Assembly (NCBI RefSeq): GCF_947568905.1
Contig: NC_079166.1
Span: 7,378,001-7,442,000, forward strand
Direction of reading: 5' to 3'
From: Ostrea edulis
Lineage: Eukaryota
Length of the DNA: 64,000 nucleotides
Shown: positions 10,383 to 22,741 of the stretch, one piece after another
Layout of the letters: each line of letters opens with the position of its first letter
How positions within the stretch are numbered: position 1 is the stretch's first letter
Made by a program: the position numbers and the translations under genes
Notes under the pieces: model-generated
What the model was told of the DNA's origin: nothing
The model's database searches: none
What the model saw: the letters and a program-made list of their open reading frames with translations, nothing else

Positions 10383-13300
10383 TCATTTCATTGAATTTTT
10401 AAACACCAATCTAGAATATTGAGGGTCAACGGAGTTATTATCAATATTAAGAATAGTAAAACCATGTTCCGTGATAAAATTTCGTCTATCTTCCACTCCC
10501 CAGCCAGCCCCATGTCCAACAGCTGGACTCTTTGACATACTGTTTGGTAAACAGAAGAACACGCTGAATGGTAGATGAATCTTTGCAGCTTTGCTTCCAA
10601 TATTTGTAGAAATGTCAGAGGATATATTGGGATCAAATGTTACAATACATCCATCAGGTTTGAGGACTGTTCTTAACTCTGATAAAACTTGCCCTGGATC
10701 TGGAAGATCGTGTAGAACTTCCATCAATATGATGACATCAAATCTAATATTCAAAGTCGAAGATATGTCCTTACTACTTGTAAAATGCAGATTCGGACAC
10801 TTGTATGTTTTCTGGCAGTGACGAATGGATTGTTCGTCAATATCCACACCAGTGATATTGAAATATTGATATGTTTCTGCAAGTTGCTGAGAGAGTTTGC
10901 CGTATCCACAACCAAAGTCTAAAATGTCCTTTATTTGTTCTGCCAAGTAAAACAGTTTATAGAAAACATGCAGTATCATTATTACGAGAGTCTACTGTTA
11001 TTCGTATAGGAGTTATGAGATTGATCACTGTTCGTTATCTTCACCTTGCATCAGCCTATTGACAAGTTTTCCTCTTGTAATGATTTAGAAACTTTCTTGA
11101 TAGTATGCACTATTCTAATATCATGCATTGAATTGACTTCGCATCTGTAGTTGATTAAATGTCCTTCGGGGCTAAGGTGTTTATCGGTGATGTGAAAAAA
11201 TCGAAATGAAATATAAGAAGGAGAAGATAACAGAATGAAGCATAATTTAAAAAAATACAAATTTTGAAAGGTATAATGACACCTGTAATATTTTGTGTTT
11301 TACCACGCATGCTTGTATCTTTTCGCAAAAGCAGAAACCGTGCGCTAACTGTTCACTTCTTACATTTACATGGGGAAATTTGGCCGAATTATGACGTCAA
11401 ATAGAACATACATACATTATACCTGGATATCAATTGATCATGTACTTTGGAACCCTTGCACTTTCATATGAAAATGATTTTGAAATTACTATATATAAAT
11501 ACGGGAGCATTCGTACCTTGTTCATGGGTAAAATGATGTTGTTCTATCAATTACATATTAACACGCTCTACATTATTTGACAAATCAGTGTTTGACGTTT
11601 GATTGGTGTCTTCTCGTAAGTACAACAGTAAATAGATGAGTGTTTGCCCAACTCTTTATTTTGAATTACTTATACTAGTATTCAGATTGATCAATGTTCG
11701 GTATCTTCACCTTTCATTTGATAAAGTTTTCGTTTAATCGTCGCCTTTCTGATGTTTTATTTTAATTGAAGATTAAGTTATTCACAGCAAAATGCATTTA
11801 TATGAAAGATTAAGATAACGAACAGTGATCAATCTCATAACTCCCACAAGCAATTCAAAATAGACAGTTGGGCAAACACGGACCGCTGGACACACTGGAA
11901 GTGGGTTCAGGTGTTTAGGATGGGTAAACACCCCCTTTCGACTGGTCGCATTCGTTTTCTGCGTAAACCTGGACAATTTTCATCGGACAAGTACTAGGAT
12001 ATTAATAACTAGTATCAAATATAGTGAGTTCAGGCACAGTTTAGCGCCAATTTTAAAAGTTGAGGAGTAGGTAACAAAGGGTATTAACTTACAACATTCT
12101 GAAAAAACAACCTTCAAACCAGAGAGATATATTTGTACCAGGAATGTGTCGTCTTTAGCCATCACTATTTTGTATACAAGAGTTGCCCAAGTGACGTTTA
12201 TTTTCGTAACTTCTTTTTCTGCAGAGTTCCAACATTTTCTAGTTCGATATCCCGTATTTCAAACGTATTTCTGTAGTTTTTCTTTGTTTCGGTATAATAA
12301 ACAATTTACTGAATTAAATGAATATTCGGGAGATACGTGTATGAGGATCTATTTACGTTGCCCTAGGGGAATATGATTTTTTGTGAATAGATCTTCACAT
12401 CTTTCCTACTGTCATGCAATAAATGTACATTTCATTTAATATATGTTTCTATTGGCCCATAATTTGGAATGTTGTAAAATCACAGACCTACATGTATATC
12501 ATCAGTTCCTGTCTTTTTTCGCACTCTCTTTCACATCTGTTATTGTGGCTCGAATGTTCTTTGAAACGCGATTTAGTGACGGTTTTCCTTTCGTCAGTAA
12601 TTTGTATAAGGCCATGTCAATTTGTAATCTAGTTCGTCGGATTCGCCGCTTCTATTTGTAACAAATCCAAATTATAATATTATCAAAAAATAATATCCGC
12701 CCGCGTGTTCAAAAATATCCTTAAATATTTTTTTTTAGTTTTTACAACAAGCGCACAAATAACCTTGATGTATATGGTGACAAATGAGAGAAGCGCGGGC
12801 CCTCGAGAAATTTCCTAACAGTGTAATACGGTTAGGTTATTCATGATGTATATCTTAATATGTACGATACTTCATAACACTGGATTGGAAGTTGTTCCTT
12901 ATGCTGGAATCGAACTGGAAGCCGATGAAACTTTTGAAGCGCTATTCGATGCCACTATTTAGAGAACATTGATAGCGTATGATTGATTGTTTGATTAGCC
13001 TATATATTGACTGAAGTCTCTCTTGAGAATATTTCACTCACATGAAGACGTTACCATTGCCGGTGAAGGTCTGCAAAATTTGGGCCTATGCTCAGCGCTT
13101 ATGGCACTGAGGGATTTTTATCGTGCCACACCTGCTGTGACAAGGATCTCAGTTTTTGAAGTCCTATCTGAAGGACCGCCCCATTTATTCGCCTCTTACA
13201 ACAAGCAAGGGGTACTGATCGATGACTATTTTAAACCGGACCGACAGTTAATGACAAATTCACAAAAGGTTTGGTGATGTCATATCAAAATTCAAGAAAA

Positions 13301-14895
13301 TGCTCAAAGCGATGCAATGGATATTGCATTTGCAATGAATGTCAAAACTGGATGTGTCCCTAGCAATATGCATATCTCTGAATCGAAAGTTTGTAGAAAT
13401 GAAACTTAAATAAACTTCATCAAAAAGACCTTATCAGTTAATGTTGCAAAGTACATGTATTAGGTATAAAGAAAATAAGTCTTTGAAACCTGAAATACTT
13501 CTTATTTATTGTAAACTATATCAACAAAGTTGAAGAATATCAAGTTTATGTGGTAAACAAATGGTATCTGAAGATTTTAGATCTTTATTTTTAGGCGCCC
13601 GCTTTTTAAAATCACACTTAATTCAATTAAAAATATTTATATTTCTTGTATTCGCTCGCCTTATAATTTTTATCTCCAAAATTAAAAATAATATTTCTAA
13701 AATAATTTCGCCCTCTCGCCTCACTTTTTTTGTTTGAAAATCCGAAGAACTATTTTACAAAATTGGTGTGGCCTAATACCAAATTCAATGCGAACTTTTC
13801 AATCTCAATTTTGGACACAATCTCTTTCAAATGCGCTTCAGAACAGATTAATCCCACCGCTCATAGAGAACTAAAATTTCTAACAAATATATATTCATCA
13901 TTATTAGTTACCTTGCGAATCTTTGAAATGTCTTTTGAAAACTGTTCCTAAATTACTTTCCACCCAATGACTGTTAAACGTGTTTACTTCATTGAACTTC
14001 CCGAGCCATTCCAAATCTTTTTGTGGAAAAGGGTAACCTGATTAAATTCCAAAATGAAAAAAAATTATGGAACAAACATATTTGGCATTTCATTCATACA
14101 TTTCTGAAAAAGGTGAATAGAACGTTAGATGCTTGTTGTCTCATTTTGCAATACCTACCAGTGTTATGTTCCTTGTCTCGCATTGCAGGCTCCAATTTTA
14201 GCAGACAATCTGCAAACATTGGTAATACGGCGGACATGAGAACAGCCCTTTGAACTTGTTCAGAGCAGGGAAGGCTATATTTTTCATTGTCGTATCGGAT
14301 GATCCCCTTCGTTGTCATGCAGATCAACCATTCCTGTACATATCTAATTCAAATGCGCATTTTTACATTTAAACACAGCTTTCTCGAATCACAACAATAA
14401 AGGTAAATAGGAAAGAATAATGATAGCTCCTTTATAAACTACCAAACCAAATTTCTTCAGGTCAACGGTCATAAAATCCGAGTGTAGTTAATCAACGTTT
14501 GTCTAATATATAGTTAGTAACAGATGACAGCTGTCATTCTTGAAATATATTCCATTTCACACTTTTAAAAAACTATAAATGCGTTCTCATTATGCCTGTT
14601 TAACTTCAAACTTTAAAGATTGATTTTAATTTTAAGATAAACGTATGAAACGGTGAATATTCTAATAATAAACTAAGATACTGCACCTCAGGTTTAATCC
14701 GGCTTCATCGCTGATCTCTCTGTCTGTACAAGGGGTTTCCAGTCTGTACAATGCATCAACAATGCCCACTCTATAACCTAGGGCTAGCACCATCGCATGT
14801 AGTCCGTCTGCCACTGTGTCTTCAATAATTTTCTCAACAGTGTCTACTCCGTCGGAGGTTTGCTTGTTCTTTTCGTCTTTTTCAGAATTCTCCAT
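10383..14895 (-). CDS. Class I SAM-dependent methyltransferase 1 (Rv2258c-like, N-terminal winged-helix-like region), 4 exons, 358 aa
   Basis: Exons 14895-14687, 14343-14159, 14037-13912, 10939-10383; GT-AG and in frame. Motifs: EISDEAGLNLRYVQEWL, LDFGCGYG (motif I), GVDID, FDVIILMEVLHDLPDP, LKPDG, FCLPNSMS..GHGAGWG. No signal peptide. Confidence 0.9.
11805..11970 (-). mobile_element. Naiad-type 3'-end fragment in MTase1 intron 3 (shorter + strand pieces at 11004-11052 and 11640-11715)
   Basis: Reverse complement of the CCGTGTTTGCCCAAC...GGAGTTATGAGATTGATCACTGTTCGTTATC tail. Confidence 0.75.
13030..13218 (-). mobile_element. SINE body and 3' fragment (Deu/Nin-domain-like)
   Basis: Reverse strand reads TCAGTACCCCTTGCTTGTTGTAAGAGG...GTCACAGCAGGTGTGGCACGATAAAATCCCTC; shares segments with 47424-47547 and resembles 42080-42925. 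Confidence 0.6.
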
Positions 14896-17800
14896 CTTTT
14901 ACTGGAGTTTTATGTTGTAATAATTCATTATATCCGGAACGATTTGCAGAAGAAAAAAAACAATACAACAGTCACTTGCCAGATATGAAGTACATGTTCA
15001 CATGTTGATGCCTTCCACGAGTGTGTAAGGTACCTTGAAATGCCTTTTTGTATTACTGACAAAACACATTGGTCACAAAAATTGAATTTAATAATCTTGG
15101 TGGATCTTCAAAACTGAATTAATACAATGTATCTGTATGTTATAGTTGATTATTATGCAAAACAGTTCAATGTCCAATTATCTTGGCTGTGCCACATAAC
15201 CTCTCAGAGTTCTAACAAGTTCACCTTCACAGGTTCATTGACTTCTACTTTGCATCACTACTAAAAAATGAAATTATTGTTTGCTATATTTCAAGAATAA
15301 TTATTAATCATCGTTACATACGAAATTCAGAGCTTCTTTGTCCTCTGTGAATGAATTTCCTACTGGGATCCATCTCACCCATCCGAATGAATAATATCCA
15401 GTGTGTAAAATTCATAATGGTGTGCATCCATTGACTGAATTCGAAAGGGAGTAAATGCAGCGTTTGACGAAACCGATTTGTTTGTTCGTATATGTTGTTT
15501 TTAGAACTAGATTTTAAGTAGTGAGCTTCAAGTTTGATTAAACACAAACCGCGTGATGTTGCATTTGGACAATGCAATCAATCAAACCTTGCTGTATTTA
15601 TCAAAACTCAGAGTTGCAATGACCGACAAAGCACATATACGATACCTGTTTAAGTCTTGGTCTTTAAACATCCTACATGTCTACTTTACATGCTTATTTA
15701 AAATTTTGAACTTCATCACCGATTTTTCCATATCCAAGTAATTATTAAATAGATTATGTTTGGAGACACTCTAAATTCAATATTTCCTGAAATTTTACTC
15801 TCATTTTACTTCATCTTACAAACAACACGTGGGCATATCCGTGTTTACAGTATTCTAATCTTCACAATGGGAACTTTTTTCTCAATTTACATCTCAATCA
15901 AACAGGTATGGAATGTAGAATGTGCTTCCATACCAAGATTTACTATAATTTACACCTCAAACGCACAGGAATAATCATAATTATTACAGTTAAACACCGA
16001 AACAATACCACCCAAATATTTACTACGACTGAGCTATCATGCTTTTCCCACACGTCAACCTATCATTAAGTGACACTTTATTATTTGGATAACATAGGAT
16101 GTCCTACTTATAAGCAACAGGTCGAACTTTAAATGATCACTGTCAGCTTTATATTGTTGAAAATGGAAAAGACATGTCATATAAAAAAATCCCTGTTTTC
16201 TATCCTTTAGCAAAAGAACCAGATGCCATTTTGATGTTGATATTTCAAGAAGGTGACATGGTTAGTGCACGCACTTTTCTTCCCTGGGGCCTTCCATGTG
16301 CTACAGACAAATATGTATACAAACAATCATTTGAAACAGAGTCGCAAAAGCATGAACACAAAAGTTGGTAGCAAACTTCCATCTATATCACTTAATTTAA
16401 TTAAATATCAGTAACAATCGCAAAATCAAAAGACATAATATATAGATATTGTATACCAGAAGAAAAAGAGGCATGTTTGAATAGTGATGTGGCAGTTGAT
16501 AATTGATTCCTCTACATTATTTTAAGAGTCTGGTGAGACTGAGAGATCATTATGTGTAGAGTTAGTACAGTATATAGAAAATCATCAGCAAAATACAGGG
16601 TAGCCCGCGTTCCTATATATACAATTCTAATGGTATAGACGTCCGACGTTGCTCCAAAATGTACAGCAGTGCAGTAATGTAGGAATATATTTTGATTATA
16701 CAACTGTATATCAAAACTTGCATTACTGGCAGATACATCTTAAGCTGTTCACTGTTTATATGAGATGCTCTTATTCATGCTAGTGGGTTCATTTACAACC
16801 CGTCATATATGCAGATTAGGGGCGATTTCAAGGTCACAATATACACTGTCATATCAAAATTACTTTCATGCATACTACATATAGGTATTAAAACTTGAGA
16901 CTTACATGACACCAAAGAGAAACAACATATAACCGTTTGACAAGGATGTTTACATGTATACATCTTACCACTTGATGCTGGTAATAAATGATGACAAAAT
17001 ATCATGATATTTTTCCTGCAATAATACTACACAACTGTATGTCTTCACGTACTTTTTTAATTGTGACAGTATGAAGTGCATTGTGGAACAAGGATGCACT
17101 GTGACGTTTCTGGGGGAAGTCTTATCTAAGGTGCGAAAGAACACTTCAAGACGACGTTTTACTGTTAAATTGAAACATTCCAGGTTTGTGCAAACGAAAC
17201 ATTCTTTCAGGGAAAATAATTGCATAATATCATCAACGACCTTAAGTATTGATCTTGAGAAATCTGCCATAGTGACATAATGAGAATAAATCAAAACGAA
17301 ACAATTAAGTAAAAATCAAACTAATAATTGTAAGTGTAAGACTTTAATGATTTTTATCGAGAAATCTAAGAATATATTTGCATGTAAAATAGATATCAGA
17401 AACATTTCATACTGCATGTACATATCTACTTAACAGTCATTTAATTTAATGCATGATTGCATGTTGGCAAGGTGTGATCTGTTTCTAAAATGATCTTCCA
17501 AGCATCAATTTAAAAAGAGATTACCAGAGTTATCAAATACCTGATCATGAATATGAAACTATTATCAAACAGAATAGCACTTTTTCGACAATGTAACGTA
17601 TATGAACTATACTAAGCACCATACCTCTTCTAAATACTAACCGTCTGTCCCATTTCTTCTGTAAAATGAGAGTCAATGAGGCAAACAAATACTATACTTC
17701 TTTTGTCAAAACTAATGAAAAACATCCGTTCTTCTAAGCAATTGGTAAAGGTAATGTTTTTGAACAATATCGGATAGTACCTGACTTAGATGCACGGACT

Positions 17801-17955
17801 TTTTCATGGTTAGTGAACACATGTTGTTTATTGAAGTGTTCGTACGCACGAGTTTTACTGGCCAATACTCTTTGGAGTAAGAAGTGTAAAAGGTTTGTTT
17901 GGACACTATTCGTTAGGGAAAACACTTAAGTTTTGACAAAATTTACCCTTCTGTC

Positions 17956-19161
17956 ATGCCACGACTCAGCTGAAACCAACAGAATCGTGCTGTTAGGATG
18001 CTTCAAGCTGGAATGGCACAGCATATCATATCAAGACACTTTGGAGTTCATCGGAACACCATCCAGTCATTATGGAGACGTTTCCAACAATCTGGTAACA
18101 CTCGGGATCGACCACGTCCTGAGCGTCCTGGTGTGACGTCGCGTAGACAGGACAACCACATTAGACTTGTGCAACTGAGAAATCGTTTCCAGACAGCAAG
18201 TTTGATTGCTTGTAGCATTCCTGGACTTCGACTAATCAGTCCAAGAACTGTGCGTAATCGTCTGCGCGAGCACAACATCAGACTAAAACGTCCAGCCCAA
18301 TACTGCTTCAACTCATCGTGTCGCTAGACTAGCGTGGTGCAGACGACATCTGCGATTCAAGGGCCCGTTTTACAAAACAACTTACGACAAAATCGCAAGT
18401 CTTAAATTGTATTACACTGTTATTACTTTGAGTGAATGAAGTAAAACTTTCTGAGGCTTAGTTTTCAATATTTAAAAAAATATTTTGCATTTGGAGTGAA
18501 TGATCTTACAATAAACTAGAAAATTCCAGTATGTAAAATTGGTCGTAAGTCGTAAGTTCTTTTGTAAAATGCGCCCCTGAATACAGGACTGGGCCAATAT
18601 TCTGTTCACTGATGAATCCAGATTTCATTTGGATTGCAGTGATGGCCATTGTAGAGTGTATTGTCGGGTTGTGGTGTGGCACCAGGACTCTTGTGTTATG
18701 CAACGTCGACAATTCGGTGGAGATAGCGTTATGGTGTGGGGTGGAATAACAGCACGTGGAAGGACCCCTCTACAATTTGTCAATGGAAATCTCACCGGCG
18801 TACGCTATCGAGACGAAATTATTCAGCGCCATGTGATACCCTTCATACAGAGACAGCAAAATCACACCACTCTGCAGCAAGACAACGCAAGGCTGCATGT
18901 TGCACGTGTAGTCAGGGACTTTTTTGTTCAAAAGAATGTCGATGTCTTGCCTTGGCCAGCTGTTCCCCCGATTTATCGCCGATCGAGGACGTCTGGAATG
19001 AAATGGAACAACGTCTACGCCAGACATTGGCTGATTTCGGCCAGGCTTTAACCAACATCTGGAACAACATCCCTCAAGCATTTCTGAACAATTTAGTGGC
19101 ATCAATGAGGCAATGTTGTCAGGAATGAGTGAATGCAAATGGTGGTCACACGCGTTATTAA
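17956..19161 (+). pseudogene. Tc1/mariner (DD34E) transposase, disrupted
   Basis: MPRLS*NQQNRAVRMLQAG...FGVHRNTIQSLWRRF (paired-like HTH), LFTDESRF, VMVWGGI, LQQDNA, WPA/CSPDLSPIE with 34 residues between D and E. Early stop, frameshifts and a 218-bp insertion. Confidence 0.93.
18360..18577. mobile_element. MITE (PIF/Harbinger-like) inserted in the Tc1 ORF
   Basis: TIRs GGGCCCGTTTTACAAAACAACTTACGAC / GTCGTAAGTTCTTTTGTAAAATGCGCCCC; flanks TCA/TGA (imperfect TNA-type TSD). Confidence 0.75.
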
Positions 19162-19456
19162 CTTTGTTAATTCAAGTTTGAATACCAGTGTCTTTCGAGT
19201 GTGCTGAAATTGACGTTATTCGACGTTAACATTATGGATTATGAAATGTTGTAACAAATACATTTGTTAACAGTATTACAAAAAATAAAATTTGTTCATT
19301 GTTATGTTTTATTATCTTTTCATATAGTAAATAATGCAGTTTCTTTTTTTTTACGCTAACTAGTATATATGCAGTTTAACACTTGATAGTAGTAATAAAT
19401 GACGACAAATTATTATATATTCCTTTCCCGCGATACGACTTATGTAGACACTTATA

Positions 19457-19551
19457 GGGGTAATACGGAAATATATGGGATCCTTGAAAAAATTCATATT
19501 GGGAGACCAATTTTTTTTAAGGACACCATATATTCCCATCCGTATTACCCC
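19457..19551. repeat. 95-bp fold-back (MITE-like)
   Basis: GGGGTAATACGGA/TCCGTATTACCCC outer arms plus AATATATGG/CCATATATT and TCCTT.AAAAAA/TTTTTT.AAGGA inner arms. Confidence 0.8.
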
Positions 19552-20009
19552 CCACCCTTAATGTCTATATAACGAATTCATCAGGACTAATTCATTCGTG
19601 ATGTTTTAACAACGAATAATAATAATAGATGATTGCAAAGTACATATACGTATTTTTCAGATAGTTTATTAAACATACAACGTTGAAAAAATGACTGAAC
19701 CATTTAAACCAACAACAACGGGATAAAAACATTTTTTAAACAAACTGTAAATTCAAAAAGAATACATTTGTTTTCGTACTTTAAAATGTTCTTACCTATG
19801 ACGTCATGATATGCGCTGACTAATTTCTAAAGACGGAAATACGTATTCCCATAACGTCATAGTATACATGCGGGGTCAGTAAGGGCATATTGGCATAATA
19901 TATCTACAGCGTGACCGTGTTTGAGGGTGAAGCAAAAGGTATTGACATCAGTATCTATATACATAACCACTGGTATCAAACTGATCGTTACTATCATCCC
20001 AAGATGGCG

Positions 20010-20335
20010 GAAGGAAATTCCGGAAAGACCATGTTTACTTATTATATCTATTTGTACTGTTTATTTGCGAATGATATGTAGGTAAGAAATATCATACACT
20101 AGCAACAATTACGATCAGGTGTTATTTTATCTTTATACGGCTCATATGAACAGAAAATTCGTCGTTGAAAAAAACAGCGAGGATGATAGTAACAGAAATG
20201 AATGATGATAGCAACGTAAGAACTTTCGTACTAGAATTGTTGCTAGTTTATGATATTTCTTACTCACTTATCATTCGCAAATAAACAGTACAAATAGATA
20301 TAATAAGTAAACGTGGTCTTTCCGGAATTTCCTTC
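20010..20335. repeat. 67-bp inverted repeat with 192-bp spacer
   Basis: 20010-20076 and 20269-20335 are complementary at 66 of 67 positions. Confidence 0.92.
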
Positions 20336-21332
20336 AATTGCTTCAATTCGAGTAAAGAAAAACGACCGACTTCGAAATCGCATCACTAGGTATTTCATCA
20401 TCATTGTAAGTAAATTCCCATTACACGCAAAGCACAAGATTTGGAAATTGCAACACCATGTAACCTCGGTTTCTCCGTTAGCCTTTACACGTGAAAAATA
20501 TCTCTTTCCTTGCAAACGTGAAAACAGTTAATCAAAAATGTTCCAAATTCAGTTGAAACAAGATACATTGGTGCATGCACCAATTTATGGACCGGAAAGG
20601 GTTTGGGAAATGTAAGAAATAAAAATTTTATCTTCGCGTTTCAACTAAGGAACTTCTCAGGAAAGAATTCCTTCCTTCAAAAACGCAAAGGCGTGTGGAA
20701 TTTAGAGGAGTTTCGATCAAATGCGGAGATGAACAAAAAACTTAGTCGAATAAACCGTCTATTTAGCGCTATCGTAGAGATTGTATTTACATCATTTCCA
20801 TATCCGTGTTTATTCTGCATCTAGTCACTATTACGTCATATTTTTAGGCAAATTCATCGTTCATATACACAAGTGTATAGCATTTTAAAATGGATGCTGG
20901 TTCAATCCAAGTATCGAACTGAGGAAGTTTTTGTTATAGATGAGCGTTTCTTGTTCCTTTTCCCGTAAAAGTAACCTACAGGTTATGTTACAAGATTGGT
21001 ATGAATTTGGAAATCCTTTCTAAAAAAAAAAAATTAGTTTAGTCTATACATACTATTTTTTTTTTATCTTAAGCTCTTGAAAGTAAATCGTAGATCGGTA
21101 AAGAAATATTATTGAATTGTCGGAAATCATCAATAAAAATGTGGTAAAAATTCAAGACATACCAACTATTGAAAGTACGTCATGAATCAACTTTACAAAT
21201 ATTGGGCATCATTGGAATGAATGGCGACTTAAGAATTCCGAGGCATGCAGTAGAATCAGGATGGGGGGGTCCCCTTTTAACATCCATAATTTTCTATTAA
21301 TTTTACATACAAATAAAGATATATTTTGTGAC

Positions 21333-21477
21333 ATAGTCTGGATCATCCCGACGTTTGTGTATAAGCTGACTCCCATTTGCAATCTCTACCCAGAGTTACT
21401 TACGATAACTCTGGGTAGAGATTGTCCCATTTGTGGGGCGTCGGCGTATACACAAACGTTGGGATGATCCATACTAT
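21333..21477. repeat. 145-bp nested fold-back element
   Basis: Outer arms ATAGTCTGGATCATCCCGACGTTTGTGTATA / TATACACAAACGTTGGGATGATCCATACTAT; inner perfect 19-bp arms 21380-21398 / 21406-21424. Confidence 0.9.
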
Positions 21478-21663
21478 TTATGACACAACGCCCCTCCCCG
21501 ACTTTTTATGGCGACATAAGTGAATGGTACGGATGTAATTTCGAAGTTACTCGTATGAAGAGAATCCATGTGTTCTCCGCACGATTCAAATAATCGGAGT
21601 TTGGGGAAAGATTTCGGAGGCAATATATATATATATATATGATACGCTACTACTGCCAAACCA

Positions 21664-21801
21664 NNNNNNNNNNNNNNNNNNNNNNNNNNNNNNNNNNNNN
21701 NNNNNNNNNNNNNNNNNNNNNNNNNNNNNNNNNNNNNNNNNNNNNNNNNNNNNNNNNNNNNNNNNNNNNNNNNNNNNNNNNNNNNNNNNNNNNNNNNNNN
21801 N
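21664..21801. other. Assembly gap (138 N)
   Basis: Run of N. Confidence 1.
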
Positions 21802-21805
21802 AATT

Positions 21806-21875
21806 TGTAGACGTTACGTGACTAATATTTTCCTTAATGGTGTTGATGGAAAAAATTAGTCATGTAACGTCTACA
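21806..21875. repeat. 70-nt hairpin (28-bp stem, 14-nt loop)
   Basis: TGTAGACGTTACGTGACTAATATTTTCC / GGAAAAAATTAGTCATGTAACGTCTACA, 2 mismatches. Confidence 0.88.
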
Positions 21876-22741
21876 CGAAGAACATTATTAAATCACAGTT
21901 TCAGCTACATTGTAAATTGGAATAACAATTTCAGAAGTTTAGCTAAGTGAGAATGAATCATTAAATCATGAGACCGTAAGTAGCGTGAAATCTTAATTGA
22001 TAGATCCGAAATCTTCCACTTTAGTCTAAATTTTGCTGCTGTCATAGGCGAGCAACCACTCGGTGACCTCGACCGGTAATTGTCCGGGTAAAGCTAAACA
22101 AGTGAAAATGAGAGAACGATGACGTATATCTCTGTTTCTGTAAGAACCCGTGGCTTGACATTTGGCATGTAAGTAGTCAAAATATTACTCTATGCAAGGA
22201 CGCAAATTATGCAAATTACGCAATCGTTTATATTCTTTAGGCATTGAAGCGAATGGGTAGTTTTTCATCTGGATCAGAGTTAGGACCCTTTCTATATCTA
22301 TAGTATCAGAGAATTCGGGTCCAAAATAGGTTTAGTCCCTATGCATGGAACGTAAGAACTCGAAAATCCCCTATTGTGTTGTATTTCCCGCGTTCAACGA
22401 ATAGGCGGATCAAATATCTAAAGCTATGTAACAGGTGTTAGGCTCTCTTCTCAAACGTCGGGATATTTTGTCCTGTTATGGATAGTAGCAGTACTGTTTG
22501 CTTCGTCCTCAAACAAGGTCACACCGTAAGACATATGATTTAAACTACACATTTATTCATAAACAGCCTTCACTGCATGACAATAGTTAAAAGTATGACG
22601 GCGGCGAACGATATTATTTGAAAATAGAATACTTTGCATTACAATGTATTTATATACATTATCCTAACTCCTTAAACTAACCATGATTCATTTCATGAAT
22701 ATTTCACTTTTCTATCATGTATTGCACTGAAATCTTCCAGT

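Larger units (their letters stand above)
1340..10950 (+). repeat. Segmental duplication, copy 1 (partner 51225-62072)
   Basis: Collinear direct match starting ATTTGTTTTTTATTTTAAT at 1340/51225, offset 49885-49886, then about 50796 after a copy-2 insertion. Near-identical to ~8838, visibly more diverged after that. Confidence 0.97.

Noticed and set aside
15180-17294. Possible minus-strand exons upstream of MTase1 (for example the 109-aa ORF 16965-17294 and a small exon near 15378-15435)
   Set aside because: Could not be joined into an open frame and no motif was recognised; needs RNA-seq.
17690-19370. Terminal inverted repeats for the Tc1 element
   Set aside because: Candidate ends (TATACTTCTT... 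and ...CTAGTATA) match too weakly to call.
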